A stretch of 64,000 nucleotides of DNA from Diplonema japonicum (GCA_964019335.1 OZ025665.1:669932-733931), one strand, 5' to 3'. Positions 22,765-33,779 are shown, counted from the first letter of the stretch. Notes: generated by a model not told the origin, from the letters alone. Numbers and translations are program-made.

Positions 22765-22812
22765 AAACTCAAAGTACAGGACAAGCCCCCCGCTAGAGGG
22801 CCGCCCTATGGG
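22765..22812. repeat. Dispersed ~48-bp GC-rich hairpin repeat (inverted copy at 59784-59830)
   Basis: AAACTCAAAGTACAGGACAAGCCCCCCGCTAGAGGGCCGCCCTATGGG matches the reverse complement of 59784-59830 with about 2 differences. Confidence 0.75.
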
Positions 22813-22959
22813 GGGAGAAAAAAAAAGGAGCTGTCCCGTTCTTCTTCTTTTCCCTTTTGCCTCTTTTCTTTACCGTAGTCAGCTCAGATCTTAATCAACT
22901 TTCAGTAGAAATAATAAAAAAGAGGAGGGGGCATGGTAAATTAGTCTATACAAACTGCC

Positions 22960-23760
22960 CTACTCTTCCTCGCTGTCTGTGTCCTCCACAACGTTGTTGT
23001 TACGAATGTACATGTAGAGGTTCCCCGGCCTATTGGTCCATTCAACATCACCGGGGCCCCACTTGAAGTCAACGAAGTCGAAGTACTTGCAGCCCTCAGC
23101 CTGCAGTGGGTGGGTGGGGTGCGTGTGCAGAACGGTGTCCTTCATTACGAAAATCCTAGTCCCTGGCTTAAAGCGCCTCACCGCGTATATCATAAAGATG
23201 TCAAGCTGCAGCGGGAAGAGGAGGTTGGCGCACCACACGATTGTCGCCCTGTCGTAGAGGTCGGGAAGGTGGTCTCGAAGATCGCCCAATAGAAACTCAG
23301 TCTTAGGGGTGGGGAGCTGCGTCTGAACTCTGTAATTATGAAAGTCTTCTGCTGTGCCTTGAGCAATTGCGTAGTTCTCCTTCGTAATTTCGATACCCAC
23401 CGTGTCACAGCCTACCCGTGTCGCCACGCTTTGGCACACGTTGCCGATGCCGCACCCAATGTCAAGGAAAACATCGTCCTTAGTCGCCTTCGCCATGCGC
23501 ATCATGCGCTCGATGAGGGGGTCCAATATGAACTTGGGACATTTCTCCCACTTGAACATCTTCCGCTTTTGCGGGTATCTGGCGTAGATCGTGTCCTTGA
23601 TATCCGCCATCTCGTCTGCGGTGAGCTCAAAGTCCAGGTTGAGGACCTTCTTGGGCATCCTTACTTCTTCTACTTCCTCACGTGCCCGCTTTGGTGCCCT
23701 TGTCACCTTTCCACGGGGTGGTGCTACCTGCATCGTGTTCGTGATGTTCTTAAGGGGCAT
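22960..23760 (-). CDS. DOT1: DOT1-family histone H3K79 (H3K76) methyltransferase, compact trypanosome DOT1A/B-like type
   Basis: FLDIGCGIGNV SAM motif, GIEI, IVWCANLLF, VEWT; start MPLKNITN. Confidence 0.85.
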   Translation of the reverse strand: MPLKNITNTMQVAPPRGKVTRAPKRAREEVEEVRMPKKVLNLDFELTADEMADIKDTIYARYPQKRKMFKWEKCPKFILDPLIERMMRMAKATKDDVFLDIGCGIGNVCQSVATRVGCDTVGIEITKENYAIAQGTAEDFHNYRVQTQLPTPKTEFLLGDLRDHLPDLYDRATIVWCANLLFPLQLDIFMIYAVRRFKPGTRIFVMKDTVLHTHPTHPLQAEGCKYFDFVDFKWGPGDVEWTNRPGNLYMYIRNNNVVEDTDSEEE

Positions 23761-23847
23761 TTTTTTTTTTTTATTATTATTATTCTTTTGTTGGTTTCCC
23801 TCTAACTTGTGTAAGCGGGACAACAGTAAAAGCAAAAGGGTGTACAT

Positions 23848-24288
23848 CTACAATAACTGTTTAAGGTAGTAGGCAGGAGTTCTAATATCTACATCTCGAT
23901 CGGTTGGTGGTTGGCGAACAGAAGGTGGTGGCTTCTTGATCGTGTCAACTAGTCGTTTGTGGGAGGCTATGAGAGTGTTCACGTCCATGGCTACGACAGA
24001 GTCTTGTGCGTGCTGGGGCGTGTCCTTGATGGGGCTCCCGCTTGACCTCTCTTCAACCTTTATCCTCGCAAGCGCTACTTCCAGCTCATCTGCCTGCGCT
24101 GCGACTCTCTGTATTGAGGCTTCCACCTCTGACGAGCCCCTGTAGGAACCCTTGCAGTTGCTGCACGCGTCGATGCCCTTCAGGATCTCCTGTAGGTCAG
24201 TTGCCTCACCGCACTTTTCATTGATCAACTCCAACCATGTGGCGTGTGCAGGACTGCTGTTTGATGTGTAGGTGGCGAGCAGCTCCAT
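23848..24288 (-). CDS. Hypothetical protein
   Basis: Open frame in cluster orientation from MELLATY, tightly packed between its neighbours. Confidence 0.55.
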   Translation of the reverse strand: MELLATYTSNSSPAHATWLELINEKCGEATDLQEILKGIDACSNCKGSYRGSSEVEASIQRVAAQADELEVALARIKVEERSSGSPIKDTPQHAQDSVVAMDVNTLIASHKRLVDTIKKPPPSVRQPPTDRDVDIRTPAYYLKQLL

Positions 24289-24335
24289 CTCAACCCTATT
24301 TGGAGTGGAACCGCAGAAGAACAATTTCAGTGTGT

Positions 24336-26210
24336 TTATAACTTAAAGAGAACAAAGTATGACAAGGCAAAGAAGATAAAACCCCCGGTGCCCCACATGA
24401 CTGCCAGGAACCATACGCTGCAGCACTCGCACACACCCACATTGATCTCTTCGCTATTCTGTTCAGCGATGAAGTCAACGCAGATAAAGGTCGTGGGGCA
24501 GTGGCATGGGGGCACTGCTCCATTTACAGGGGGTGACTGCTTGCAGCCATACCGCCTCCCTGCATGCACCGTGAGCCACTGCAATGGTGGGTCGGCTTGT
24601 TGGTACTGCAGAGCCTCTAGCATGGTCACTTGTTTACAGATGCTTTGTGGTGCAATGCTAAAGGTGAAAACAAGAGGATATGCTTCCTGGTGCCTCTGCA
24701 CGTACCGCTGCCACAAGGGAACTGCACCTGTTGCCCAGTCCACTTGCAGGCAGACGTACGAAGTATCTGACGCGTCGAAGGGATACAAGCCCACGTTCAT
24801 GACGTAGTAGTAGCCGCGAGACGAGTTGTCAGCGATTGGGACCAGCTCGTTGTAGATGCTGGCCACGTCAGCAGTGCTGTTGTACACAAGGTCAGGCGAG
24901 ACGGGCTCCGGAGGGTACAAACTGCGGGACGTCATCTGGATGCTGCAACTCAAACTATTGCTGACGAAGAGTGCACCTTCAGCGCTGAACGGGAGTTCGC
25001 TATACAGCAGGACTGTGGTCAGAGTGTTCACCTTGCTGTTCATAGGAGCGATGTACGTGGGGGCCGGGTGGCAGTAAAAGGCCTCGACTGCGATGAAGAT
25101 AGTTCCCGAGATGGTCATTGTCGCGGTGATCTCATAACTGCCCGGCCTGTCGATGGCAAGGCCCTCAGCACGGAAGACGCCTTTCTCTGACTGGATGACG
25201 TGCTCTGTCCCGTTATTGCCCCCACTGAGGATAGCTATCACGTTGCGGAACCCACTTGATGCATTGCTGGTGCTGTACGTGTACAGGGGTGAAGAAAGCG
25301 TCAAGGACAGAACCGCCGAGGCTGTGAAGTTTTCTACTGGCTGTGTGCCCATCGCATCGGCGTACATGGTGTATAGAGGCTGCATCTTGAAAGGTGCACC
25401 TGCCATGCACTGCACGTTGCCCGACCCCCTGAACTGTTGAGGAGGTGGTGGCTGCAAGGTGACCGTGAAGGACCTCTCCAGAACTAAGCCATCAGACTTG
25501 GCCAACGATATGAACAACTCACCCGCGTCTCCAGCACCTGTGCCCCGCAGTGTCACTGCGAAGATCACTCTGCTACTAACTGGAGCTGTGGTTGCTCCCT
25601 CGATGGCTGCATTGCCTCGATATTCTATTGTAACTAAGCCGCCGAAAGTGACCTGATCGGGGAGGATAACTAAGTCGAAGGAGGTTCCTTCTACAACTGT
25701 CATTGAGGTTGTGTATTGCAGCACCGTGAAAGTGGTTGGTTGTGACCTCACAGGCAGGACAACATCTATTGCTAGGTCGGCCACATGTATAGTGAGGGTG
25801 ACCGTGGCGGGTGCCAGTGTCTCCAGGTGCAAGGTGTCGAGCGCAATGGTATCCAACTCGCTCTGTGTTTCCATCACCGCTGTGGAACTGTCAACGATAC
25901 GGAAGACCCCTGTGCCATCTTCCCCGAGGCTTGCTCCGCTGCAAAGGACCTTGACCAGCACGTCACTGGGCACCACCTCGGCGACTCCGTTGGCATCTTG
26001 CAGAGTCACCGTCATGTTCTCAAGCTTGACACCTGCGTCGGCACCTGGGGGGTGCTGCACCACAAGCTGCTTCCCCTCCTGCGCCCACGAGTATGCAAGC
26101 GTCTCTGTAGCATTTTCCTGACAATCACCAACCCCGAGTAGAATCGCAAGCACGAAGAACTGTACTTGCCATGACATGTGGTCTGCTGTGAGCGACTTAT
26201 TAGGTGGCAT
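24336..26210 (-). CDS. Type I membrane protein with beta-rich ectodomain and Cys-rich juxtamembrane region
   Basis: Hydrophobic N-terminal signal (FFVLAILLGVG), single C-terminal TM, about 620-codon ORF. Confidence 0.75.
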   Translation of the reverse strand: MPPNKSLTADHMSWQVQFFVLAILLGVGDCQENATETLAYSWAQEGKQLVVQHPPGADAGVKLENMTVTLQDANGVAEVVPSDVLVKVLCSGASLGEDGTGVFRIVDSSTAVMETQSELDTIALDTLHLETLAPATVTLTIHVADLAIDVVLPVRSQPTTFTVLQYTTSMTVVEGTSFDLVILPDQVTFGGLVTIEYRGNAAIEGATTAPVSSRVIFAVTLRGTGAGDAGELFISLAKSDGLVLERSFTVTLQPPPPQQFRGSGNVQCMAGAPFKMQPLYTMYADAMGTQPVENFTASAVLSLTLSSPLYTYSTSNASSGFRNVIAILSGGNNGTEHVIQSEKGVFRAEGLAIDRPGSYEITATMTISGTIFIAVEAFYCHPAPTYIAPMNSKVNTLTTVLLYSELPFSAEGALFVSNSLSCSIQMTSRSLYPPEPVSPDLVYNSTADVASIYNELVPIADNSSRGYYYVMNVGLYPFDASDTSYVCLQVDWATGAVPLWQRYVQRHQEAYPLVFTFSIAPQSICKQVTMLEALQYQQADPPLQWLTVHAGRRYGCKQSPPVNGAVPPCHCPTTFICVDFIAEQNSEEINVGVCECCSVWFLAVMWGTGGFIFFALSYFVLFKL

Positions 26211-26577
26211 GGTAGACAGCAAAACAAACAGAAGAAGCGGAACTGGGCAGAGTGGGTCAAAGAAAACCTAAATTTAAAGGAGGTGGAAAAAAAAAAGAGA
26301 AAAAAAAAAATAAGCCACCAAGATAAGGAAGGGAGGTGGGTCCCCTGCAGGTTGCTTCGCACTCAGTAAGCTCCCGCAGGTCTGCAAAACACAGTAGAAT
26401 ATTAATAAAGAAAGAGAGAGCGACAACCTTCTGGGGTCTATTGCCCTATGGGAAGTTCATTCTCTACAACCCCTTCATTGTATTTAATTTTCTGTTCATC
26501 AAATGGGAAGTGTGGATGGGAGCTTTCCAGACCTTCGGGCCGGATACTGGAAAGAAAACACTAATACAACTGCTGCT

Positions 26578-27286
26578 TCAGAGCTCGTCCTTCTCGTTGA
26601 TCTTCTCGTACATGGGGTTCACGTTGTCAGCACCGACGGCAGTTAGGAACATTTTGATCTCGTTGTCGATCTTCTTGCGGATGGGGTCTTGCGATGTGGT
26701 GGAGGTCTTCTGCATCCACCTCAGAGTCTGTTTCACGATCTTGCTGCCAGCAAGGATGTACGGCTCATCAAGGGACGTCTTGGCCAGCTCCCTGGGCTCC
26801 TTGTGCAGCTGCTTCGCCACCCTCCTCCCGTGCATCTCGAACGACCCAGCCACCACCTTCAGTAGCGGCTTGCACGTCTTCTCATCGACACCTTCCTCGG
26901 TACAGATGTCGGACACAACCCTTTTCCACTGGACGTCGATGGGTTCCTTGCTCACCTTCCGGGGCCTCTTCGAGGGCAGGATAGGCACCGCTCTGTGGTT
27001 GTTTTTTTGATTTTATATTCATCATGCATACCTGTTCTTCTTCACGAAGTTAACGTAGTCCGTCTTCTCGAAGCAGTCATCGCACTTCAAACCCCTGTTC
27101 GCCATGAATGTCTTGAGCTCCTTCACCTTCATCTTCTTGATCTGCCCATCGGTCGGCGGAGGCGGGTCGTCCTCCGTCTCATCCGACACCACCGGCTCCA
27201 CCTGTGAGACATTGTGCACTACACAAACAACATACCCACAACGCGAGCAGCAGCATCATCAGCACAACAGCAATTGATAACTTCAT
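26578..27286 (-). CDS. ER-luminal protein with ARMET_C/SAP-like CxxC domain and KDEL, 3 exons
   Basis: Signal peptide MKLSIAVVLMMLLLALW; introns 27202-27235 and 26993-27031; KKMKVKELKTFM..CDDCFEK; ends in KDEL. Confidence 0.8.
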
Positions 27287-27584
27287 TTTTTTCTTTTCTT
27301 TTTTTTTCCTTTCGTATTCTTCAATTCGTCACGACGATGGGGAATAGAAAGGTAATAACAGAAGGGGCAAGACGGGGGACACGTGGGAACAAAGCTGCTC
27401 TCAATCTCAGCAAGTTGTGGCTTCCTTTGTATCATTTATGGGCATCGGTGGCACGGCACAACCATGCAGGCCCCAACACCAACAGCTGCTGACGGTCAGA
27501 AGGAAGCAGGTGGGATAAAATTCACAGGAACGAAAGAATGGGTAAAGCGAAAGAGGTGCGGAAGAAAAAGGGGAACATTGTCAC

Positions 27585-28433
27585 TCACGCTTTGTACACC
27601 TTCTTCCTCTTACGAATAAGCTTCCTGCACATTGGACAATTCTTAAGTCTCTTAGCGCAGGGCATGCAGACACACATGTGACCGCAGTCAAGCTGTTGGT
27701 GGTGTTGTGGTAAATGTTCGCGGCATACCAGTATGCAATTGATAATTGAATCGAAACAAATTTTGCAGGTATTCTGATCCTCCGGATCGAGATCCGCTCG
27801 GATTGGTTCAGACTCCTGGTGCTCCTGGCGCAGCTCTCCCTCCGTATCAGAAGGTACCTCTGAGTCAGAGGAATCGGAGGCGTAGAACTCCGGCTCTGGA
27901 GTTGACGGCTGCCTACGCACACTGTTCCTGCGAAGGAGCAAGAGCCTGTAGACTATCAAGAAAAGCAAGATGATGGTGAAGACAACCACTGCAATGAGGA
28001 CGAAGCGTATGGCGACTGTGTGCAGCTCTGCCTTTTCATAGCTGCTGGTGAGCATTTTCTTCATTCTATGATTCTGAGCAAGAGAGTTTTTCAGCTCACC
28101 TCTCAGATTTTGGGCAATGTTCTCCTCACTTTCAAGTCGGTGTTTCAGTACCTCCTCGTGCTCATTACCAGCCATACCTTGCGTCAGTGATACGCATCGC
28201 CTGTTCACGCACTCGCTGCACGCATCACACTGTCCCTTATGCGTGCAACTGTCGCCTAGCCTCCTCGCATGCTTTGTTTGCAGACACTTCCCCACATGAG
28301 TACGTTCACCCCTCCTCGCAAAGCACGCTGCAGTTTCGCCGCACTGTTCACTGCTTGTGCATTCCTCCCCAATGCACAGCTTCCTAGCACTGCATGCGGC
28401 GATCAGTCCTACGAGCAGGACTACCTTCAGCAT
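27585..28433 (-). CDS. Single-pass membrane RING (C3HC4) E3 ligase
   Basis: Signal peptide, Cys-rich ectodomain, coiled coil, TM, RING. Removing the in-frame 36-nt intron 27693-27728 restores CILLDCGHMC spacing. Confidence 0.85.
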   Translation of the reverse strand: MLKVVLLVGLIAACSARKLCIGEECTSSEQCGETAACFARRGERTHVGKCLQTKHARRLGDSCTHKGQCDACSECVNRRCVSLTQGMAGNEHEEVLKHRLESEENIAQNLRGELKNSLAQNHRMKKMLTSSYEKAELHTVAIRFVLIAVVVFTIILLFLIVYRLLLLRRNSVRRQPSTPEPEFYASDSSDSEVPSDTEGELRQEHQESEPIRADLDPEDQNTCKICFDSIINCILVCREHLPQHHQQLDCGHMCVCMPCAKRLKNCPMCRKLIRKRKKVYKA

Positions 28434-28513
28434 TGTTTGCTTGGTTCACTGAGTGGTCCGTTGTGCGGAGCAAATAACAAAAAGAGAAAAAAGTAAGGAA
28501 GCAACTGCGCAGC

Positions 28514-28697
28514 AAAAAATTATTCATTGAAGGGCGGAAGGTGAAATGGATGATAACCCTGACCTCAAGCCAACAGGTTTGCATCTTCAACCAGGGCGCC
28601 CGAAACACTGACACTGGACGAAAAGAGATTTGTATCGGGGCTGAGCTGAACCCTGGCTCCCGACCTCAGCCCGTTGTGTAATGCAAACCATGAATAA
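28514..28697. ncRNA. Candidate structured non-coding RNA with pseudoknot
   Basis: Nested helices TTATTCAT/ATGAATAA and GGTTTGCAT/ATGCAAACC; crossing helices CCAGGG/CCCTGG and GGGCTGAG/CTCAGCCC; T6 run directly after the closing helix on the minus strand. Confidence 0.4.
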
Positions 28698-28781
28698 GGG
28701 CAGCTTGCTGTGCCTCTTTAAAGGCAGTCTTATAACTAATAACTAACACACGCAAGAAGAAACGAATGATACTGAAGCTTT

Positions 28782-29399
28782 CTAGCGGTCATTGAAGCAG
28801 CCCACGAACCACGAGAAGCCAAAGAAGGTGGCAGTGAACGTTGTCAAGAAGAGAGTGACGAGATTCCCAAGCAGCGAGGAGGATAGCTGCTCCGCAAAGT
28901 TGTAGAACAGCGAGTGGTCGGACTCCACAGCTGTCTGGGGGGCAACAAGCGTCTCAAGGATGATGCGGCACTCTGTCAGGATAACAGCACAGAGCACCAA
29001 AAGCTGGAAGATCCACGAGCCCAAGATGTACATGTGACGCCATGAGTTGGGTGTCATCCTCTTGTCGTAGTTCAACAGTCTCGTAAGTGTTTGGAGAGAC
29101 TTATAAGTAGAAAGCTCCCTGCTGGGGGGTACCAGCAATAGCAGCGAGGTGATGACGAGAACTATGTTACAAGTGCCAAGCATAAATATGGCCGGTACCA
29201 TATCCTGTGACATGATCCACATGAACAACCACACGGGAACGGCGATCATGAACAGAACTCCGATGTTGTCCATCCACCCCTCAGGGTGCGTGATGAACTT
29301 CCAGCACCTGCTGTGCCCACCTGTCTTCAAAGACTTGAAGTTAATGTGATCATAAGAAGGCCTCCACTTACTGTCTTTCGGGGTCTCGACCTCGGTCAT
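28782..29399 (-). CDS. Hypothetical multi-pass membrane protein
   Basis: ORF from MTEVET with about 4 hydrophobic segments. Confidence 0.65.
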   Translation of the reverse strand: MTEVETPKDSKWRPSYDHINFKSLKTGGHSRCWKFITHPEGWMDNIGVLFMIAVPVWLFMWIMSQDMVPAIFMLGTCNIVLVITSLLLLVPPSRELSTYKSLQTLTRLLNYDKRMTPNSWRHMYILGSWIFQLLVLCAVILTECRIILETLVAPQTAVESDHSLFYNFAEQLSSSLLGNLVTLFLTTFTATFFGFSWFVGCFNDR

Positions 29400-29566
29400 G
29401 TTGTGTCCTGAGCGATCCCTACCTGTTCGGTGTTTACAGCAACATTTTTGTCCTTGTTGAAGGAAAGTAAATAAGAAACAAAACACTTACATCACAATCT
29501 GTTATAGCGTCCTAACACTGAGGGCACACTGCTTCATTGTCCGGTTTTCGTTCGTACCTAGTGACA

Positions 29567-31118
29567 CTAAACATCTGCCGTAGGGACCTCTGGAGGGGGC
29601 ACTTCTACCAACCTCTCGATCGTCTGGGCAGCTAATTTACGGTACGGAAGGTGCTCCTGTCTCTTCGGGAGGTGCGGAAGGCTTAAGAGAGTATCGATCT
29701 GAGCGATTGTGATGGGAGTCATGGTGCACAGCAGAACATTCTGCAGAGAGAGGCGTGTGATAGAGCCCTCGTTTTGACGATCGAAGTACTGGAAGGCCTC
29801 TAGCTGAAGGGGATCAATCTTCTGTATCTTCTGCTTTACGACATTGGCAGTGGTGTCATTGGTCTTGTCTTCTTCACTCCAGGCGCTCTCCCTTTGGGAG
29901 TCTTCTGTCACATCCTTTGCCCTTATCTCTTTCAGGATTTCTTGCCTTTGTCTCATCACAGCCCTCTTCTGCTCGTCTGTCTTCCCTTCATCTTCATCGC
30001 ACCACTTCTGCTTCATCTGCACATCTCTCTCGTCTCTTACCTTCTTTCTTGCTGTCAGCTCTTCATCTCTCTTTCTTTTTGTTGCACCCAGTTTCTCGGA
30101 CATCACCAAATCTTCGCCTGATTTCTTCTTTGATTCCTCTCCTCGTATGCGCAGCACCTGTTATTGTTGCGGTAGTCACTTATTTTGCGTACCTCCAGGA
30201 TCTTTTCTGCCATGTCCCTCTTGCCCCACTCATGCAGGGCGTCCGCTGCCATGAAGAACTCAAGGGCGTCTCTGGGAGTGCTCGAATGTACCTGTGACGT
30301 ATATATATTTATAATGTGGTCAGTACAGATACCTGGTAGTCAACGAGCGCAGCAAGATTGAATCTGATGGGACTCACGTGGTACACATCCTCAGGGCAGT
30401 CGGGTGTTGAAGGAGTGACTTGGGGAGAGAAGACGGGCACTGGAGAGGAAGGGAGGATAGGTGCGTAAAAGATAGTAGGCGAGTTCGAATCGTATTCAAG
30501 ATGTAACACCTTGACCCATTTCACCCCCGCAAGATCAGCTCCCGACTGCTCTTTGACGAGCGCTGCAAGGCGTGCTGTGAGTTCGTCATCAGAGAGCCCC
30601 TTTGCGTCGGGGAGGAGCCCGCCGTAGCACGACACAGAGTTTTCAGATGAAGCTGCGATAACCTGGATCCTTTTTGTGATGGTCTTGCTAGAGTCACCCT
30701 CAATAGCAGGTACAATGAGCGCCCTTACGTTCACACAAGTAGGCAACCTATCGCTGGTGATGGTGGGTGTCGTCACGGGCAGAATGCCTGACCCTTTCGC
30801 ATCGGATTTTGTAACCACACCACCCCCTTCCTTCCATGGAAGTTTTCCTGTCGGCTGGTCAGTCCAGAATGCCGTCACACTCAGGAGGTCATCTGGGAGG
30901 TACCTCCTATGAGGGCATCGTACCCGGTGTTCGATCACCCTTCGCTCTTTTGTGTGATAAGGCAGCTCTGCAACGGGGAAGTTGCCAATAACTGTCTTGG
31001 TCTCTGGTTTGTGAATAGTTTCCTTTACAACATGAGGTGCGACCTTCTTCTTCACCGGTGGTGCTGGGTACGCGCCGCGCCCTGCAATGGGCGCCTTCAC
31101 GGGTGGACGCGGGAACAT
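29567..31118 (-). CDS. CCAR1/DBC1-like protein, 3 exons
   Basis: DBC1-like region (CYGG..DLAGVKWVKVLHLEY), ALEFFMAADALHEWGKRD, coiled coil, EF-hand-like EAFQYFDRQNEGSI. Short GT-AG introns near 30292-30331 and 30158-30192 join the frames. Confidence 0.7.
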
Positions 31119-31165
31119 GTGATGGATCCTAAGATGTGATTAGCAGGTGTCACTGGAGTGCGATA

Positions 31166-31855
31166 TTACAATACAACAACATCATCTGCCTCAAGCAGAA
31201 CTACACGCCCGTGAAACTTGCACCTCAGGGTAACCGGGTCATTTCCCCTTGCAGGGAGCACCTGCTCGATGACTCCCTTGTCGTGGGGGGACAGCTTCGT
31301 CCCATCGGGGAAGGTGAGAGTAGAAGCTGGGTACTTACCACCACCTTTGAACATGATGTTCGATGAAGGCCTGGCGGGCTTGCGACAGGCGTGGAGTAGG
31401 GTAGCGAAATCAATAGGCTGCTGGGGGGGGCTACTGGGGTGAGCAATACGCTTCAAAAATGCCTTGTACGGTGCAAGCTGTGGTGTGTTGAGGGCAGCAG
31501 TTAGGTTGGACATATCACGCGGTGGGGACTGGCGTAAGGGGGACTGAGAGCGTGACAGAGGGACATTGGTCTCGACAGGCCCAAACACTTCAGGAAACAC
31601 AGCACCAGTAGGACTCTCAGGTAGCGCTTCGCTGATGGTCATCAAAGACCCACTCCTCTCGCTTACAGGGTACGGCCCTAGATACCTACCTGGGGGCAGC
31701 ACCATGACCTGCCCGTCACTGGACATGACCTTGATACCCTCACCCTCTTCTGGCAGTGTTCCGTCCTCGTAAGGGAACGGTCCCAAGTACTTCCCAGGTG
31801 ACATCACCGTCGCAGCCTCGGCATGGGATGCTCCCGCATATTGTGTTTGGAGCAT
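31166..31855 (-). CDS. Hypothetical Pro-rich protein
   Basis: 229-aa ORF with a duplicated PG(K/R)YLGP(F/Y)P motif. Confidence 0.6.
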   Translation of the reverse strand: MLQTQYAGASHAEAATVMSPGKYLGPFPYEDGTLPEEGEGIKVMSSDGQVMVLPPGRYLGPYPVSERSGSLMTISEALPESPTGAVFPEVFGPVETNVPLSRSQSPLRQSPPRDMSNLTAALNTPQLAPYKAFLKRIAHPSSPPQQPIDFATLLHACRKPARPSSNIMFKGGGKYPASTLTFPDGTKLSPHDKGVIEQVLPARGNDPVTLRCKFHGRVVLLEADDVVVL

Positions 31856-32117
31856 CTCCAGTACGATCTGCAGGTTTGTCTTTTGTGTAAGGTTTTGAAC
31901 AATGTAAAAAATGCGATACTAACAAAGGTAGCAGGCAGGAAGGATGACATAGCAGCTCTGCTACATCCTTAATTGCCTTACCGCAACGTTGAGTGCATGT
32001 TATGAGCGATGCAATACCGAGGAGTTTCACGTCTTCGCATTCTACTCTGTACCCTTAATACCTAACATTGCCACACGGTGATACCACACGCTCTTTCTGC
32101 ACGCTGCAAGGACCCGC

Positions 32118-33779
32118 TCAGAAATTAGATGGGAACTTGAAAACACGGTACCCTTCGCCCTTTGCAGCAGGGACAGGACATCCACACTCGCTTGGGCATG
32201 TGTTGCTGTTCACGGATTCCAGGGGCATGTAGTAAATGTTCAGGTCGGATGTAGGAACAGGAATCTTACCGATACCGAAGCTTCCGTGCAAAGATACGGA
32301 GTTGCAGGAGTGGAGCATAGGCTTGGCAGCAGTGCTTTTGGGTATCTGATCCGCAAGGTCCAAGCTCGTTGTTAGTGTGATAGTTAGGACATTGGGCTGT
32401 GGAACAGGCACTTGGTTGCACATTCTGGGTGTTGCCCTCTTGTTGAAATGCTCGCAGTTGTAGCAGTACCCGTTGGTGGCAGTAAGCAACAAACTAGTTC
32501 CAAACCAAGCACCCTTCAAATCGCTCCCGACACCCAGCACATACTCCTCAGTACCTGAATTGAGGATGGCACCCATGATGTGGCTGCCATTTGAGTACAC
32601 CAGCGTCCCACCTTTAATGTACAACCCACTTTGCACCACTGATCCCACCTTCAAATATGTCCCCCCAGCGTCACCGGTCACAATGCCGTCTGCTGTGATG
32701 TAACAGAACGTGTCCCCTACTTCCACCCCGCACTGCAGGGAAACTACGTCAGGCACGTGTAAGGTTTTCACAACCCCGGCACCACTGTTGTCCAGCTGCT
32801 GCATGATACCAGTGGTTTTGTCATAAGTAATGATAACCCCATTACATTTTTGAATTATGTTGATCGTGGTGGCCGTGGCTGCCGTCGCAGTGCCCCAGTG
32901 CCCCTCGTTGTATGTGAACACAGTACCATCAGTAGAGATGACTGTCGTGGACTCCTGCAACTCTGTCGAGTTGGAGTACACATAATTAAGGAGCTGCGAT
33001 GGGTCCTGGTTAATAGCAAAAAGGAGCTTGAGTCCCGCTTTGCCGGCTGTAGATTTTCCGTAAGCATTTGTAACACTCCTGATGGTGGGCTCGTCAGAGG
33101 GCTCCCACAGCTGGAAGGGGAAGGCCTTGTTCTCAGCAGGAAACTTCCCGAAAGGGGGATTCAGTTTGTCCATGTACTCAACGGAGTTTGCACAGCACTT
33201 CATGTTGAGGACCTGGAACCTTCCAAAGTGGCCATCATTAGAAGTAGCGGCACCGCTGGGGTCTTGCAAGTTGATCCAAGTCGACGACCAAGGCTCCCAC
33301 CTATTCCACAAACAGGCGGCAGTCGTGGTGGGCGCCATTGCACCATCCAGAATGATGGTGATGTTGTGTGCAGCCACAGTGCTGTTGATGGAGGTCATCA
33401 TGTGGTCAAAGAGCTCCAAGACAGCAGGCGCAACGCAGGGGTCAGTGGCTTTCCCGCAAAGTGCGATGACACTGTTAGGAAGCATCTTAAGCCCCGCTGC
33501 AAGCTGCAAACTAGTGTTATACGTTTCCGACATGCTAGGCGTGTCGTGGTTGAGAACAAGACAGTAGTCAGTTGTGAAGCCGTGTCTCCTGCAGAAGTCC
33601 TTGTTGTTCACATAGTGGGGGTCGATCTTCAGTCTAGTAAAACCCGGGCTGATTTTTGTTCTACTCTCGACAGCAGGCCATTGCCTCATATCGTTGTACG
33701 AATGCAACTGGTACCCATACATCTCTTCTCCTTGAGAGCAGAGCACCAGCCCTGCTGACAAGATCATTCTCAGCATCAT
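32118..33779 (-). CDS. Secreted protein, possible PLC-like/GDPD phosphodiesterase N-domain plus beta-rich C-domain
   Basis: Signal peptide; HSYND, LKIDPH, LVLNHD resemble the HSHND / xExD / LxxxHD pattern of PLC-like phosphodiesterases (inference). Confidence 0.6.
   Translation of the reverse strand: MMLRMILSAGLVLCSQGEEMYGYQLHSYNDMRQWPAVESRTKISPGFTRLKIDPHYVNNKDFCRRHGFTTDYCLVLNHDTPSMSETYNTSLQLAAGLKMLPNSVIALCGKATDPCVAPAVLELFDHMMTSINSTVAAHNITIILDGAMAPTTTAACLWNRWEPWSSTWINLQDPSGAATSNDGHFGRFQVLNMKCCANSVEYMDKLNPPFGKFPAENKAFPFQLWEPSDEPTIRSVTNAYGKSTAGKAGLKLLFAINQDPSQLLNYVYSNSTELQESTTVISTDGTVFTYNEGHWGTATAATATTINIIQKCNGVIITYDKTTGIMQQLDNSGAGVVKTLHVPDVVSLQCGVEVGDTFCYITADGIVTGDAGGTYLKVGSVVQSGLYIKGGTLVYSNGSHIMGAILNSGTEEYVLGVGSDLKGAWFGTSLLLTATNGYCYNCEHFNKRATPRMCNQVPVPQPNVLTITLTTSLDLADQIPKSTAAKPMLHSCNSVSLHGSFGIGKIPVPTSDLNIYYMPLESVNSNTCPSECGCPVPAAKGEGYRVFKFPSNF

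Noticed and set aside
28590-28675. HDV-like ribozyme or tRNA
   Set aside because: No P3/L3 (only 5 nt between the stems), no cloverleaf or TTCRA loop.
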